Assembly (NCBI RefSeq): GCF_017302975.1
Contig: NZ_JAFIMT010000003.1
Reading direction: 5' to 3' (one strand)
DNA length: 64,000 bases
Source: Corallococcus exiguus
GTDB lineage: Bacteria > Myxococcota > Myxococcia > Myxococcales > Myxococcaceae
Part shown: one piece after another, positions 9,293 to 18,248 of the stretch
Layout of the letters: every line of letters starts with the position of its first letter
Numbering within the stretch: the first letter of the stretch is position 1
Notes under the pieces: model-generated
The model's database searches: none
Seen by the model: only the letters and a program-made list of their open reading frames with translations
What the model was told of the DNA's origin: nothing
Position numbers and translations under genes: made by a program

Positions 9293-10180
9293 CTATGCGA
9301 GCAGCGTGGCGTCCATCACGGTGAGGGCCACTCCACCGACGCGTGCGCGCTCGATGTGGCCTGGCCGGCCGGTAACCTGGATGTCGATGCGGCCCGGCTT
9401 GCCGAGCGTATCGCCCTGTTCGATGCGACCCGACACCGTGCCACCGTGCTCCGGCAGGCGAAGGCTCCCGTGCTCGGCGAGCCAGGCCGCGAGCGGTCCC
9501 GCGGCGGAGCCCGTCACGGGGTCCTCCAGGATGCCGAAGCCCGGGACGAAGTAGCGCGCCTGGGCCACGCTCCCCTCCTCCTTCGCTTCACGGGTGAAGA
9601 GGTAGACGCCGCGCAAGCCGTGCGGCATCAGCAGCGCGTTCATCGCCGCGCCCCGCGGCGTCAGGGCCTCCAGGTCCGCGAGCCGCCGGAGGGGCACCAC
9701 CAGCCGGTGGCCATGGCGGATGACCGGCAGCGACGGGTCCACCTGCGATGCGGTCCCGCCCACCGTGGCCATCAGCGCGTCCAGGGCCACGGGGTTGGGC
9801 TGCGCGGGGGGCGGGGGCGTGGCGATCCACACCCGAGTCCCACGCGTGCCCTGAGGCTCCAGCTCGATGCCGAACGTGCCGCCGGGACACTCCAGCGTGT
9901 ACGTCCCCGGGCTTCGCAGGAGCCCCTTCTCCGCGAGCAGGTGGAAGGTGGCCACCGTGGCGTGGCCGCAGAAGGGAATCTCGTCCACGGGCGTGAAGTA
10001 GCGCAGGCGCACGGTGGCGTCGCCGGGCCGGGACAGCAGGAACGCGGTCTCCGACGCGCTGACGGCCGCGGCGGTCCGCTGCATCGTGGGGACATCCAGC
10101 GCAGCGGCGTCGAGCACCACGCCCGCGCGATTTCCCGCACCGGCGGTGCGGGTGAAGGCATCGATGATGTGGACCTGCAT
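9293..10180 (-). CDS. PhzF family phenazine-biosynthesis-like isomerase
   Basis: The C-terminal 295 aa of an 835-aa ORF has the PhzF/DapF-like fold signature (MQVHIIDAFT...GNRAGVV...ETAFL...FCGHAT). ATG at 10180. The upstream 540 codons look like a non-coding high-GC read-through. Confidence 0.8.
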   Translation of the reverse strand: MQVHIIDAFTRTAGAGNRAGVVLDAAALDVPTMQRTAAAVSASETAFLLSRPGDATVRLRYFTPVDEIPFCGHATVATFHLLAEKGLLRSPGTYTLECPGGTFGIELEPQGTRGTRVWIATPPPPAQPNPVALDALMATVGGTASQVDPSLPVIRHGHRLVVPLRRLADLEALTPRGAAMNALLMPHGLRGVYLFTREAKEEGSVAQARYFVPGFGILEDPVTGSAAGPLAAWLAEHGSLRLPEHGGTVSGRIEQGDTLGKPGRIDIQVTGRPGHIERARVGGVALTVMDATLLA

Positions 10181-10324
10181 GGGCGGACTCCGGACAGGGC
10201 AAGGGCCTGGGAAACAGCGCAGGCATGCTCCGCCTGGACCGTTGGCGTCAAGCGCTGGACCGACGCACCGGAGCCCCCACAACAGGGTTGAACGAGAGCG
10301 CCCGAGCAGGCACAGCACGGACGC

Positions 10325-11101
10325 ATGAATCTCCTGAAGTCGGGTGGGTGGGTGGTGCTGGTGGTGTTGCTCCACGCGAGCGGCGCGGCGGCACAGATCG
10401 TCAATGTGCAGGCGCTCTTCGACGAGAAGGCGGAGCCGGGGCCGGCCGCGGCCATCGAGTTGGGCGGCGACTGGCGCACGGGCAGCACGGAGCTGTTCTC
10501 CATTCGGGGCTCCCTGGTGGGCCAGCTGCGCTCCGAGCGCGACGTCTGGCTGGGCGTCATCCGGGGTGAGTATTCGTTCGCCAGCGGCGAGCGCATCGTC
10601 AGCCAGGCGCTGGAGCACGTGCGCTACCGGCGCAAGCTCACGGACACGGTGTCGGGCGAGATCTTCGCGCAGCACGAATACAACGAGTTCCGCCGGCTCC
10701 AGCTCCGGATCCTGCTGGGCGCGGGACCGCGCTTCATCCTGCTCAACGAGGACAGCATGGGGCTCACCTTCGGGGTGGCGCTGATGCTGGAGCACGAGCG
10801 GCTGCGCAAGGACGGCGAGCCGGACGCGGGAGACCGCTACACGGATCCGCGAGTCTCCAGCTACCTGCTGGGACGGATAAAGCTGATGGAGAACATCAAC
10901 CTCGTGGAGACGGTCTACATCCAGCCGCGAGTCACCCGCCCCTCCGACCTGCGCGTGCTCAACGAGACGATCTTCGCGGTGACACCCAACCCCCGCGTCA
11001 CGGTGGGCATCGGCTTCAACCTCACCTACGACAGCGCGCCGCCCGCGACAGTGCCCGCCCTGGACACGCAGCTGCGCACCACGGTGGGCGTGAAGCTTTG
11101 A
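10325..11101 (+). CDS. DUF481-type outer-membrane beta-barrel protein (YdiY-like) with signal peptide
   Basis: Signal peptide (VVLVVLLHASGAAAQ). The sequence looks like the DUF481/YdiY outer-membrane family (recalled, not searched). 258 aa. Confidence 0.65.
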   Translation: MNLLKSGGWVVLVVLLHASGAAAQIVNVQALFDEKAEPGPAAAIELGGDWRTGSTELFSIRGSLVGQLRSERDVWLGVIRGEYSFASGERIVSQALEHVRYRRKLTDTVSGEIFAQHEYNEFRRLQLRILLGAGPRFILLNEDSMGLTFGVALMLEHERLRKDGEPDAGDRYTDPRVSSYLLGRIKLMENINLVETVYIQPRVTRPSDLRVLNETIFAVTPNPRVTVGIGFNLTYDSAPPATVPALDTQLRTTVGVKL

Positions 11102-11495
11102 GTGGATTGCAACGACCGCGTTGACGAACCGGGCGCGGAAGCCAGGCTCGAAAGGAAGCGTCTTCCCCAACGTCAACGGCTCATCCACGGTCACCGCGCG
11201 CGGCGTACGCATGGGGCGCGGCACCACCAAACCCCGCGCCGCGATCCACCGAAGCGCGTCGCGCGCTGTGTCCCGGAATACGGAATGGAGACGCTCCAGC
11301 TTCGCTTCCGAGCCGAACCGCGCACGGGCCGGCAGTCCCCCCAGCGAAAGCCCACGCTCAAACCGCGCCCCCACATCCGCCACGCCCCCCACTCGCACCA
11401 TCCCCATCCCCTCTTCGTCCCAGCGTCGCCATCCAACCACAGGGGTCTGACATGGGCGCGACGGCCCACGGTCCGCGTCACCCGCCAAGGCAGCG

Positions 11496-11573
11496 CGCCC
11501 CCGGGCCCCGTGCGCCGAAAACCTGTCCGACTGTCGGACAGGTTTTGAAGGAACCAGCCCCGGGTGGGCGCCG
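11496..11573. repeat. Intergenic ~77 bp repeat copy 1 containing perfect palindrome AAACCTGTCCGAC-T-GTCGGACAGGTTT
   Basis: Seen directly. Sequence CCGGGCCCCGTGCGCCGAAAACCTGTCCGACTGTCGGACAGGTTTTGAAGGAACCAGCCCCGGG. The GC-rich stem is flanked by AAAA and TTTT. Confidence 0.8.
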
Positions 11574-11635
11574 CTGTCCAAGCCCTCACCTGGACTTCGC
11601 TCACGCATGACATTGCGCACCCGCCGGGCCGGCAC

Positions 11636-11711
11636 GGCCCCGGGCCCCGTGCGGCGGAAACCTGTCCGACTGTCGGACAGGTTTTGAGGAAACCGGCCCC
11701 GGGAGGGCGCC
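11636..11711. repeat. Intergenic ~76 bp repeat copy 2 (same palindrome core)
   Basis: About 90% identical to copy 1 and lies 62 bp downstream of it. Sequence CCGGGCCCCGTGCGGCGGAAACCTGTCCGACTGTCGGACAGGTTTTGAGGAAACCGGCCCCGGG. Confidence 0.8.
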
Positions 11712-11855
11712 TCTCTTCGTGGGCCCGCCCCGCCGTCCGCTCCTTCACCACGTCGAGCCCTATTGCCGCACCCCGCCAAGGGACGCGCCGCCGCGAACAC
11801 CGGATCACGGATTCTGTTGGAGAGCTCCTGGCGGCCTACCTGAGGTTAGGCTTCA

Positions 11856-12710
11856 GTGATGGCGTCCCACTCCATTCCCGCCCCCGTCGTCCTATTGGGG
11901 GGCGGCAAGATCGCCGAAGCCCTCATCCTGGGACTGTTGCGGTCCGGCCATGTGCGTCCGTCGGACCTTCGCGTCACGGTGCGCCGGCCCGAGCGCGGAG
12001 AGGAGCTGCGCTCCCGACACGGCGTGCACGTCCTCATGGACAACGCGCAGGCGGTGCGGGGTGCGGCCGTAGTCGTGCTGGCGGTGCGACAGGCGCAGCT
12101 GCGGGACCTGATGGAGGTCATCTCGCCTGCCTTGGAACCTGGGCAGACCGTGGTGTCGCTCTCCGCGGACGTGCGACTCGCGCAGTTGGAAGCGGCGCTG
12201 CCCTCCAGCGTCTCTGTCATCCGCGCACTGCCCCATACGCCCGTGCGCGTGGGAGCAGGCGTGACGCCCCTGACGGCCGGGAGCCGGGCGACGGAAACCT
12301 CAAGGCTGGCCACCGAGGCCGTCTTCGCGGCGACGGGACGGCCCATGTGGATGACCGAGGAAGCGCTCACGGTCTGCACCGGCGTGTGCGGCACGGGCCC
12401 CGCGTATGTCTTCCGCTTCGTGGAGACCCTGGCCCAGGCCGCGATGGCGCACGGAATGGACGCGGCGGAAGCGGCGGCGCTCGCGAAGGAAACGCTCATT
12501 GGCGCGGCGAAACTGTTGGCCGAACCCGGCGCCACCACCCCTCGCCTCATCACGGAGATCGCGACCCCGGGAGGCATCACCGAGGCGGGGCTGATGGCGA
12601 TGGACTCCCACGGTCTGCCTCGCGTCGTGGGCGAAGCGGTCTCCGTCGCCATCCAGCGCACCCGGGAGCGCGCGGACGCGAACGCCGCGGCCTACAGCGC
12701 TCCGAAGTGA
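11856..12710 (+). CDS. proC: Pyrroline-5-carboxylate reductase
   Basis: NADP-binding N-terminus (VVLLGGGKIAEALI) and the ProC C-terminal dimerisation domain (TPGGITEAGL). 284 aa. Confidence 0.85.
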   Translation: MMASHSIPAPVVLLGGGKIAEALILGLLRSGHVRPSDLRVTVRRPERGEELRSRHGVHVLMDNAQAVRGAAVVVLAVRQAQLRDLMEVISPALEPGQTVVSLSADVRLAQLEAALPSSVSVIRALPHTPVRVGAGVTPLTAGSRATETSRLATEAVFAATGRPMWMTEEALTVCTGVCGTGPAYVFRFVETLAQAAMAHGMDAAEAAALAKETLIGAAKLLAEPGATTPRLITEIATPGGITEAGLMAMDSHGLPRVVGEAVSVAIQRTRERADANAAAYSAPK

Positions 12711-13375
12711 CGCTTGATCCCCCGCTGGCCTCCAGGCGTGACGATGAGGCCGCGAGAGTCGGGCTGACGTTCCACCCATCCCAATGAGAACACCCGGGCG
12801 GCGAGCGCCGCGCCCAGCGCCCCCGCGAGGTGGTCGCGCCGCTCGCTCCAGTCCAGGCAGCGGTGGGCGAAGTGGCGCCGCTGCTCGCGCACGGGCTCCA
12901 GGTCGATGCCGAAGTCCTGGAACCACGCCTCGCCACTCGGGGTGAGCGCGAACGCGCGTTTACGAAGGGCGAGATGCCCGGCCCGCAGGAGCGCGTCGGT
13001 GATGCCCATGCCCAATCTGCCCGCCAGATGGTCGTAGCAATAGCGCGCGGCACGCAGGGGTTCCGGAGTCAATGACGCACGGGGGCCCCGGACCGCCACG
13101 GTCATCAGCGCTTCCACCATCCGCGCCACGGTGGGCGTGGCGATCCGGAACACCTTGTTGCGTCCCTGCTTGGTGGCGCAGACGAGCCGGGCCTGCTCCA
13201 GCCGCTGAAGGTGCGCGGTCGCCGTCGCGGGGCTGACGCCCGTGCCGAACGCGAGCTCCTTCGCGACGAGCGCCCGTCCCTCCATGAGCAGCTCCAGCAT
13301 CCGGATCCGCGTGGCGTCCCCCACGGCCGTGGCCAGCGTCGTGAGGTCCGGCCCTGCATTCATCGTTCGGTCCAT
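12692..13375 (-). CDS. ArsR-family HTH transcriptional regulator with C-terminal extension
   Basis: ArsR-type winged helix (RIRMLELLMEGRALVAKELAFGTGVSPATATAHLQRLEQARLV). ATG at 13375 (MDRTMNAG). Divergent from the P450 gene. Confidence 0.7.
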   Translation of the reverse strand: MDRTMNAGPDLTTLATAVGDATRIRMLELLMEGRALVAKELAFGTGVSPATATAHLQRLEQARLVCATKQGRNKVFRIATPTVARMVEALMTVAVRGPRASLTPEPLRAARYCYDHLAGRLGMGITDALLRAGHLALRKRAFALTPSGEAWFQDFGIDLEPVREQRRHFAHRCLDWSERRDHLAGALGAALAARVFSLGWVERQPDSRGLIVTPGGQRGIKRHFGAL

Positions 13376-13438
13376 GACGAACCATTTTCTAGCACACGGA
13401 CACGGCAACGGCAGCAGAGTGCCCAACCACGAGGACCG

Positions 13439-14560
13439 ATGACACCGCCCACCGACCCGTATCAGGCCGTCACCCACCCCGACCCGTACCCCTACTACGC
13501 GGAGCTTCGCGCCCGCGGAGGACTGCACCGCGTCCCCGGCTTCGGGCCATGGATCGCGGCGGATGCGGCCACCGTCCGCGCGGTGCTCTCGAGCGAGCAC
13601 TGCCGGGTCCGGCCACTGTCGGAGCCGGTGCCTCCGCATCTGGTGGGCACCTCCGCCGGGGCCCTCTTTGGACGGCTGGTGCGGATGAACGACGGTGGCC
13701 CCTACCCCGCCGTGAAGCAGACGCTTTCACGTGCGCTTCCGGAGGCCCTGCGAGAGGTCGAAGCGGAGAGCCACCGCTGGGCGGCACGGCTGTTCGCAAC
13801 GCCCTCGCTTTCTCGGCTTCCGGACGCCGCCCTCCAGCTTCCCGTGTTCGTGCTGGGGTCGCTGCTCGGCTTCCCGGAAGACACGCTCGCGGCGAGCGTG
13901 CAGGACGTGGACGCCTATGTCCGCTCGGTCGCGGGCCCTCCCGCGGGCAGTGAAGGCGCGGCGAGGTTGAACGAACGCACGGCGGCCTGCTTCCAGTCCT
14001 CGGCGAGGACCGCGTTCACGACGCGGCTTCTGCAAGGCCATGGCTCGGAGGACCTGCGCATCCCGAACGCCGTGGGCCTGCTCACCCAGGCGTATGAAGC
14101 GACAGCCGGACTCCTGGGCTCGACGCTGCGGGCCTTCGCTCGCGTGCCCGGGCTGCGCGAGCAGCTCTTACATGGCGCGTGCACGATGGACGACGTGGTC
14201 CAGGAAGCGGCTCGATACGATTCGCCAGTCCAGAACACGCGACGCTTCATCCATGCCGCAGCGACCGTCGCGGGTCAGGCGCTGGAGGCCGGCGCGACCG
14301 TGGTCGTCGTGCTCGCCGCCGCGAATCGGGATCCGCTGGAGAATCCCCAGCCCGACGCCTTCCTACCAAGGCGCGCACGGCGCCAGATCTTCACCTTCGG
14401 CCTGGGCTCGCATGCCTGCCCTGGGCCTCTGCTCGCGACGACGATGGCCACGGCAGCGGCGGAGCGTGTACTCGCGAGCGGCCTGGACCTGTCACCGCTG
14501 TCGGGCTCCGTCACCTGGCGTGCTTCCACCAATGCCCGCGTCCTGGGAGGACCGGAATGA
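13439..14560 (+). CDS. Cytochrome P450
   Basis: Heme-binding loop FGLGSHACPG (FxxGxxxCxG) and an I-helix-like AGxxT region. 373 aa. ATG at 13439. Confidence 0.85.
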   Translation: MTPPTDPYQAVTHPDPYPYYAELRARGGLHRVPGFGPWIAADAATVRAVLSSEHCRVRPLSEPVPPHLVGTSAGALFGRLVRMNDGGPYPAVKQTLSRALPEALREVEAESHRWAARLFATPSLSRLPDAALQLPVFVLGSLLGFPEDTLAASVQDVDAYVRSVAGPPAGSEGAARLNERTAACFQSSARTAFTTRLLQGHGSEDLRIPNAVGLLTQAYEATAGLLGSTLRAFARVPGLREQLLHGACTMDDVVQEAARYDSPVQNTRRFIHAAATVAGQALEAGATVVVVLAAANRDPLENPQPDAFLPRRARRQIFTFGLGSHACPGPLLATTMATAAAERVLASGLDLSPLSGSVTWRASTNARVLGGPE

Positions 14561-14901
14561 TTGCTGTCATCTTCGAGGTCTGGACACACGAAGCGCATCG
14601 GCAGCGATACCTGGACCTCGCGGCGGAGCTGCGCCCCCTGCTGGCGGACATCGACGGCTTCATTTCCATCGAGCGGTTCCAGAGCCTCGGCACACCGGGG
14701 AAGCTGCTGTCCCTGTCCTACTGGCGCGACGAGGCGGCGGTGGCGGAGTGGCGGCGACAGGAGGCCCACCGTGAGGCCCAGCGCGAAGGCCGAGAAGGCG
14801 TATTCAGCGACTACCGCCTGCGCGTGGCTCACGTCGTGAGGGATTACGGATTGAAGGACCGGGCGGCCGTGCCCGCCGACAGTCGCACCGTGCACGACTG
14901 A
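14557..14901 (+). CDS. ABM-family monooxygenase-like small protein
   Basis: ATG overlaps the P450 stop (ATGA). 114 aa. ABM-like sequence (IAVIFEVWTHEAH...SIERFQS...YWRDEAAVAEW). Confidence 0.7.
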   Translation: MIAVIFEVWTHEAHRQRYLDLAAELRPLLADIDGFISIERFQSLGTPGKLLSLSYWRDEAAVAEWRRQEAHREAQREGREGVFSDYRLRVAHVVRDYGLKDRAAVPADSRTVHD

Positions 14902-14984
14902 CGCGGCCAGCGCACGGCGGCTGTCTTCCCGCCCGTCCCTCCCATGCGGGCCATGACTCCCCCACCTTCTCTGGGGGGTGAACG

Positions 14985-15383
14985 ATGAAGCGAGTCCATT
15001 GGAGAGGTGCCTGGGGGCTGGCTGCCGCGCTGCTCGGGCTTCCGGCGCTGGGGCAGATGGAAGGCCCACCCGAGGGTGCGTCGCAATACTCCTGCTTCGA
15101 AGCGGCGCGCCAGGGCAGCTCGGTGAGCGAGAGCATCGCTGCGCAGCTCTGCCAGGGTGCCCGTTCCGACACCCCGGCACAGTGCTTCCTCCGGGTGCAG
15201 GAGAAGGGCTTCCTCGCCGACCCGCAGGCGCTCCAGCTCTGTCAGTACGCCCAGCCCTCGGATGATCCCGCGGCCTGCTTCTTCAAGGCGCGGACGTCCT
15301 CGTTCCTGGACGAGACACAGCTCCTGGAGCTCTGCCGCCCGCCCATCGCGCAGATGCTGAAGATGTGTCCCTACGGTCCGTGA
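14985..15383 (+). CDS. Small secreted protein with three Cys-containing repeats
   Basis: Signal peptide (WGLAAALLGLPALGQ) followed by three units of roughly 30 aa each (CF...(A/L)QLCQ / LELCR). 132 aa. Confidence 0.5.
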   Translation: MKRVHWRGAWGLAAALLGLPALGQMEGPPEGASQYSCFEAARQGSSVSESIAAQLCQGARSDTPAQCFLRVQEKGFLADPQALQLCQYAQPSDDPAACFFKARTSSFLDETQLLELCRPPIAQMLKMCPYGP

Positions 15384-15401
15384 GGCTTCAGGCCCTGGGG
15401 C

Positions 15402-18086
15402 TCACCGGGCGCGGAGGAACGCCTTGATGCTCGGGGACTGGAGCTTCTGGGACTCGATGCACAGCCGGATGGACTCCAGGGCCCGGGTGAGCGCGCGCGG
15501 TCCGCCTTCAATCTTGTCCACGCGGGGCGTGAGGAACGTCTCCACCTGCGCCAGGTGGATGTCATCGCAGAAGCCCCCCGTCTGGCCAATCAGCCGGCCC
15601 AGCTCATCCGAACGCAGCCGCTGGGTCAGCGCATCGAAGTGCGTCTGGTAGAAGTTCCACGCCAACGACTGCGACTCCGGCGACATCAACGCCATCCGGA
15701 GGATGATCTGCGAGTCGCGCACGTCGAAGTCCGGCGACACCACGAGCCCCAGCGCCCGCCACAGCAGGTCCGGGTTCCGGAAGTAGCCCAGCGACATCAG
15801 CAGCCGGGAACGCTCGGTGCGGTCCTGTTCCTTCTTCGCAGCCTCCAGCAGCGCGTCGAACAGCGCCGCATCCCCGTGCGTCGCCGCTCGGGGCAGCGCG
15901 GCACCGAACGCCTCCGGGTCCACCGACTTCCGGTCCGCCAGCCATGCGCGCACCAGGGGAAGCGCCTCCTTCACCAGCCGAGGGTCATCGCCCAGACCTC
16001 CGGCCAGCCGGAGGAACAGGGAGCGTGAATCCTTCATGGAGTCATCCTCGCCCGGCTTCGGCACCCAACCCATGGCCCGCGCGCGCGCCGAGTAGAGCGA
16101 GGCCACCCACGCGCGGAAGCGCTGGCGCTCCTCGGGCGTGAGCTGATCCAGGCGCACAAGCTCCAGCAGCGAGGCGCCGCTCTGCACCACGAGCCGGTTC
16201 GTCGACTTCGCGGAGGCAGGCACCGCCTTCAGCGCCTCCCCCAGCGGCAGGTCGCCCCGGCTCACCGCCGCATCCACATCCGCCCAGAGCGCCATCTGCT
16301 CCGCGGGAGTGAAGGCCGCGACCGGAGTCGCGAGCAGCTTCGTCAACTGCTCGCGGGTGTAACCGGCGCGGTAGTAACCCGTGCCGCCCGCGTTGAGCAG
16401 CACCCACGCCGGGCACTGCTTCGAGGGCAGCGCGACCTCCGTCGAGGGCCCTTGCACCATCGAGCACACCCGCGACGACTGCGTGCCCGTTCCCACGCGA
16501 AGACACACGGGCACCTGCCACTCCTGCCGCGAGTCCGCCTTGGAGCCCACGGGCAGGTACCGCTCCTGAGACAGCTTCACGGACGGAGCGCCGCCCGCCG
16601 GGCACGACAGCTGCGCGGTGATCCGAGGCGCCCCGGTCCGCTCGATGAACCCGCCAAAAGATTGCGCCACCTCCGGCCCCGCCGCCTGGGACAGGTCCGC
16701 GAGGAAGTCCTCCATCGTCGCGACCTTCCACTCGTGCTTGCGGACATAGCCCCGGAGGAAGTCGCGGAAGCGCTCGGGGCCCATCCAGGCCTCGTACATG
16801 GCGATGACGGACGAGCCCTTGTCATACGTCGTCCCGTTGTCGAACGAGCCCACGATGTCGTCATTGCTCTCCACCGGCTTGCGCACGGGCAGCGCCGACG
16901 CCAGCTCGTCCGACGCCAGCGCGGACCGGGTCGCGGACATGGCGCGCTCCTGCAGGTAGTCCCAGGACGGCTCCAGCCGGTCCACGGTCTGCCGGTCCAA
17001 CCACGCGGTGAAGGACTCGTTGAGCCAGATGTCGTTCCACCAGGAGCAGGTGACGACGTCCCCGAACCAGTAGTGGCCCAGCTCATGGTTGGCGATGACC
17101 GCGTACGACTTGCGGCGGGCCAGCGTCTCCTCGCCGGGCGGGATGAGCGTGAGCGGCTGTCCGAGCGCGACGATGCCCGGGTGCTCCATGGTGCCCCAGT
17201 ACCGTGGCACGACCGCCACATCGAGCTTCTCGTACGGATACGGCTGGTCGAAGAAGTCCTCCAGGCCCTTCACGATGCGAGGCGTGATGCTCGCGGCGTA
17301 GCGCGTCTCCGCGCCCCGGCCCCTGGGGACGACGAAGCGCAGAGGAACGTTCGTGCGTCCCACGGTGCCGGCCTCCACCACGTCGAACGGCCCCACCATG
17401 AAGGCCACGAGGTAGCTGGGCATCGGCTTGCTCTCCGCGAAGGTGACGCGCTCCAGTCCGTCCGCCAGCGGCTCGCGCGACACGACGGGATGGTTTGCCA
17501 GCGCCACGTGTCCGGCCTTCACGGTGAAGCGCAGGCGCCACGGCACCTTGAAGGTCGGCTCGTCGAAGCACGGGAAGGCGCGGCGCGCGTCGATGGGCTC
17601 GAAGAACGTGTAGAGGTAGGGCTCACCGCCCTCCTCCACCCCGTAGATGCCCTGGCTGCGCTCGCGGTCCACCTTGCCGGTGAAGTCGAGCAGGAGCTGG
17701 GCCTTGCCCACCGGCAGTTCCTCCGGCAGCAGCAATCCCAGACGTCCTTCAGGCGCGGTGACAGGCTTCGCATCGAACGTGCGACCCGCCACGGTGACAC
17801 GAGCCCGCGTCACGTCCACGTCCTGTGCATGAAGCCACACCTGGCGCACGGGCTCGCGGACCTCCACGTCGATGGTGACGCTCCCCGGGTACGTGTCCTC
17901 CGAGGGCACGAGCTTCAGGTCCAGCGCGTAGTGCACGGGCCGCACGGTGTCCGGCAGCCGCAGCGCGGGAGGCAGGGCCTCCGGCCACGAAACGGCGGGC
18001 GGCGCGGATGCAGTCGGCGCGGCCTCCGGCGCGTGGGCGCAGCGGACGGTCAACACCACCAGGGCGAGGAGTGGGAGCAGTCGCAT
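15402..18086 (-). CDS. M1-family aminopeptidase N (secreted)
   Basis: Gluzincin motif HELGHYWFGD...18 aa...NESFTAW (HExxH-18-E) and a GxMEN-like region. Signal peptide after the ATG at 18086 (MRLLPLLALVVLTVRCAHA). 894 aa. Confidence 0.85.
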   Translation of the reverse strand: MRLLPLLALVVLTVRCAHAPEAAPTASAPPAVSWPEALPPALRLPDTVRPVHYALDLKLVPSEDTYPGSVTIDVEVREPVRQVWLHAQDVDVTRARVTVAGRTFDAKPVTAPEGRLGLLLPEELPVGKAQLLLDFTGKVDRERSQGIYGVEEGGEPYLYTFFEPIDARRAFPCFDEPTFKVPWRLRFTVKAGHVALANHPVVSREPLADGLERVTFAESKPMPSYLVAFMVGPFDVVEAGTVGRTNVPLRFVVPRGRGAETRYAASITPRIVKGLEDFFDQPYPYEKLDVAVVPRYWGTMEHPGIVALGQPLTLIPPGEETLARRKSYAVIANHELGHYWFGDVVTCSWWNDIWLNESFTAWLDRQTVDRLEPSWDYLQERAMSATRSALASDELASALPVRKPVESNDDIVGSFDNGTTYDKGSSVIAMYEAWMGPERFRDFLRGYVRKHEWKVATMEDFLADLSQAAGPEVAQSFGGFIERTGAPRITAQLSCPAGGAPSVKLSQERYLPVGSKADSRQEWQVPVCLRVGTGTQSSRVCSMVQGPSTEVALPSKQCPAWVLLNAGGTGYYRAGYTREQLTKLLATPVAAFTPAEQMALWADVDAAVSRGDLPLGEALKAVPASAKSTNRLVVQSGASLLELVRLDQLTPEERQRFRAWVASLYSARARAMGWVPKPGEDDSMKDSRSLFLRLAGGLGDDPRLVKEALPLVRAWLADRKSVDPEAFGAALPRAATHGDAALFDALLEAAKKEQDRTERSRLLMSLGYFRNPDLLWRALGLVVSPDFDVRDSQIILRMALMSPESQSLAWNFYQTHFDALTQRLRSDELGRLIGQTGGFCDDIHLAQVETFLTPRVDKIEGGPRALTRALESIRLCIESQKLQSPSIKAFLRAR

Positions 18087-18248
18087 GGGGGCGCAGCGTA
18101 GACCATGCGCAAGTCGCTCACCGCACCTACGTCTCGACTCGCACCCACAGCATTCTCGAAATGTCTCCAATCCGTGAATCAGTGCTTTCAGCCCTGCGAG
18201 CCGCTACGGTCCTGCTCCCCCCGCATCACCCTCTAGCCGAGGAAAAAC

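Noticed and set aside
9293-11800. N-terminal 540 codons of the 835-aa ORF upstream of phzF
   Set aside because: Only the last 295 aa show a PhzF fold and a clean ATG. The upstream portion crosses the DUF481 gene on the opposite strand and the intergenic repeat region.
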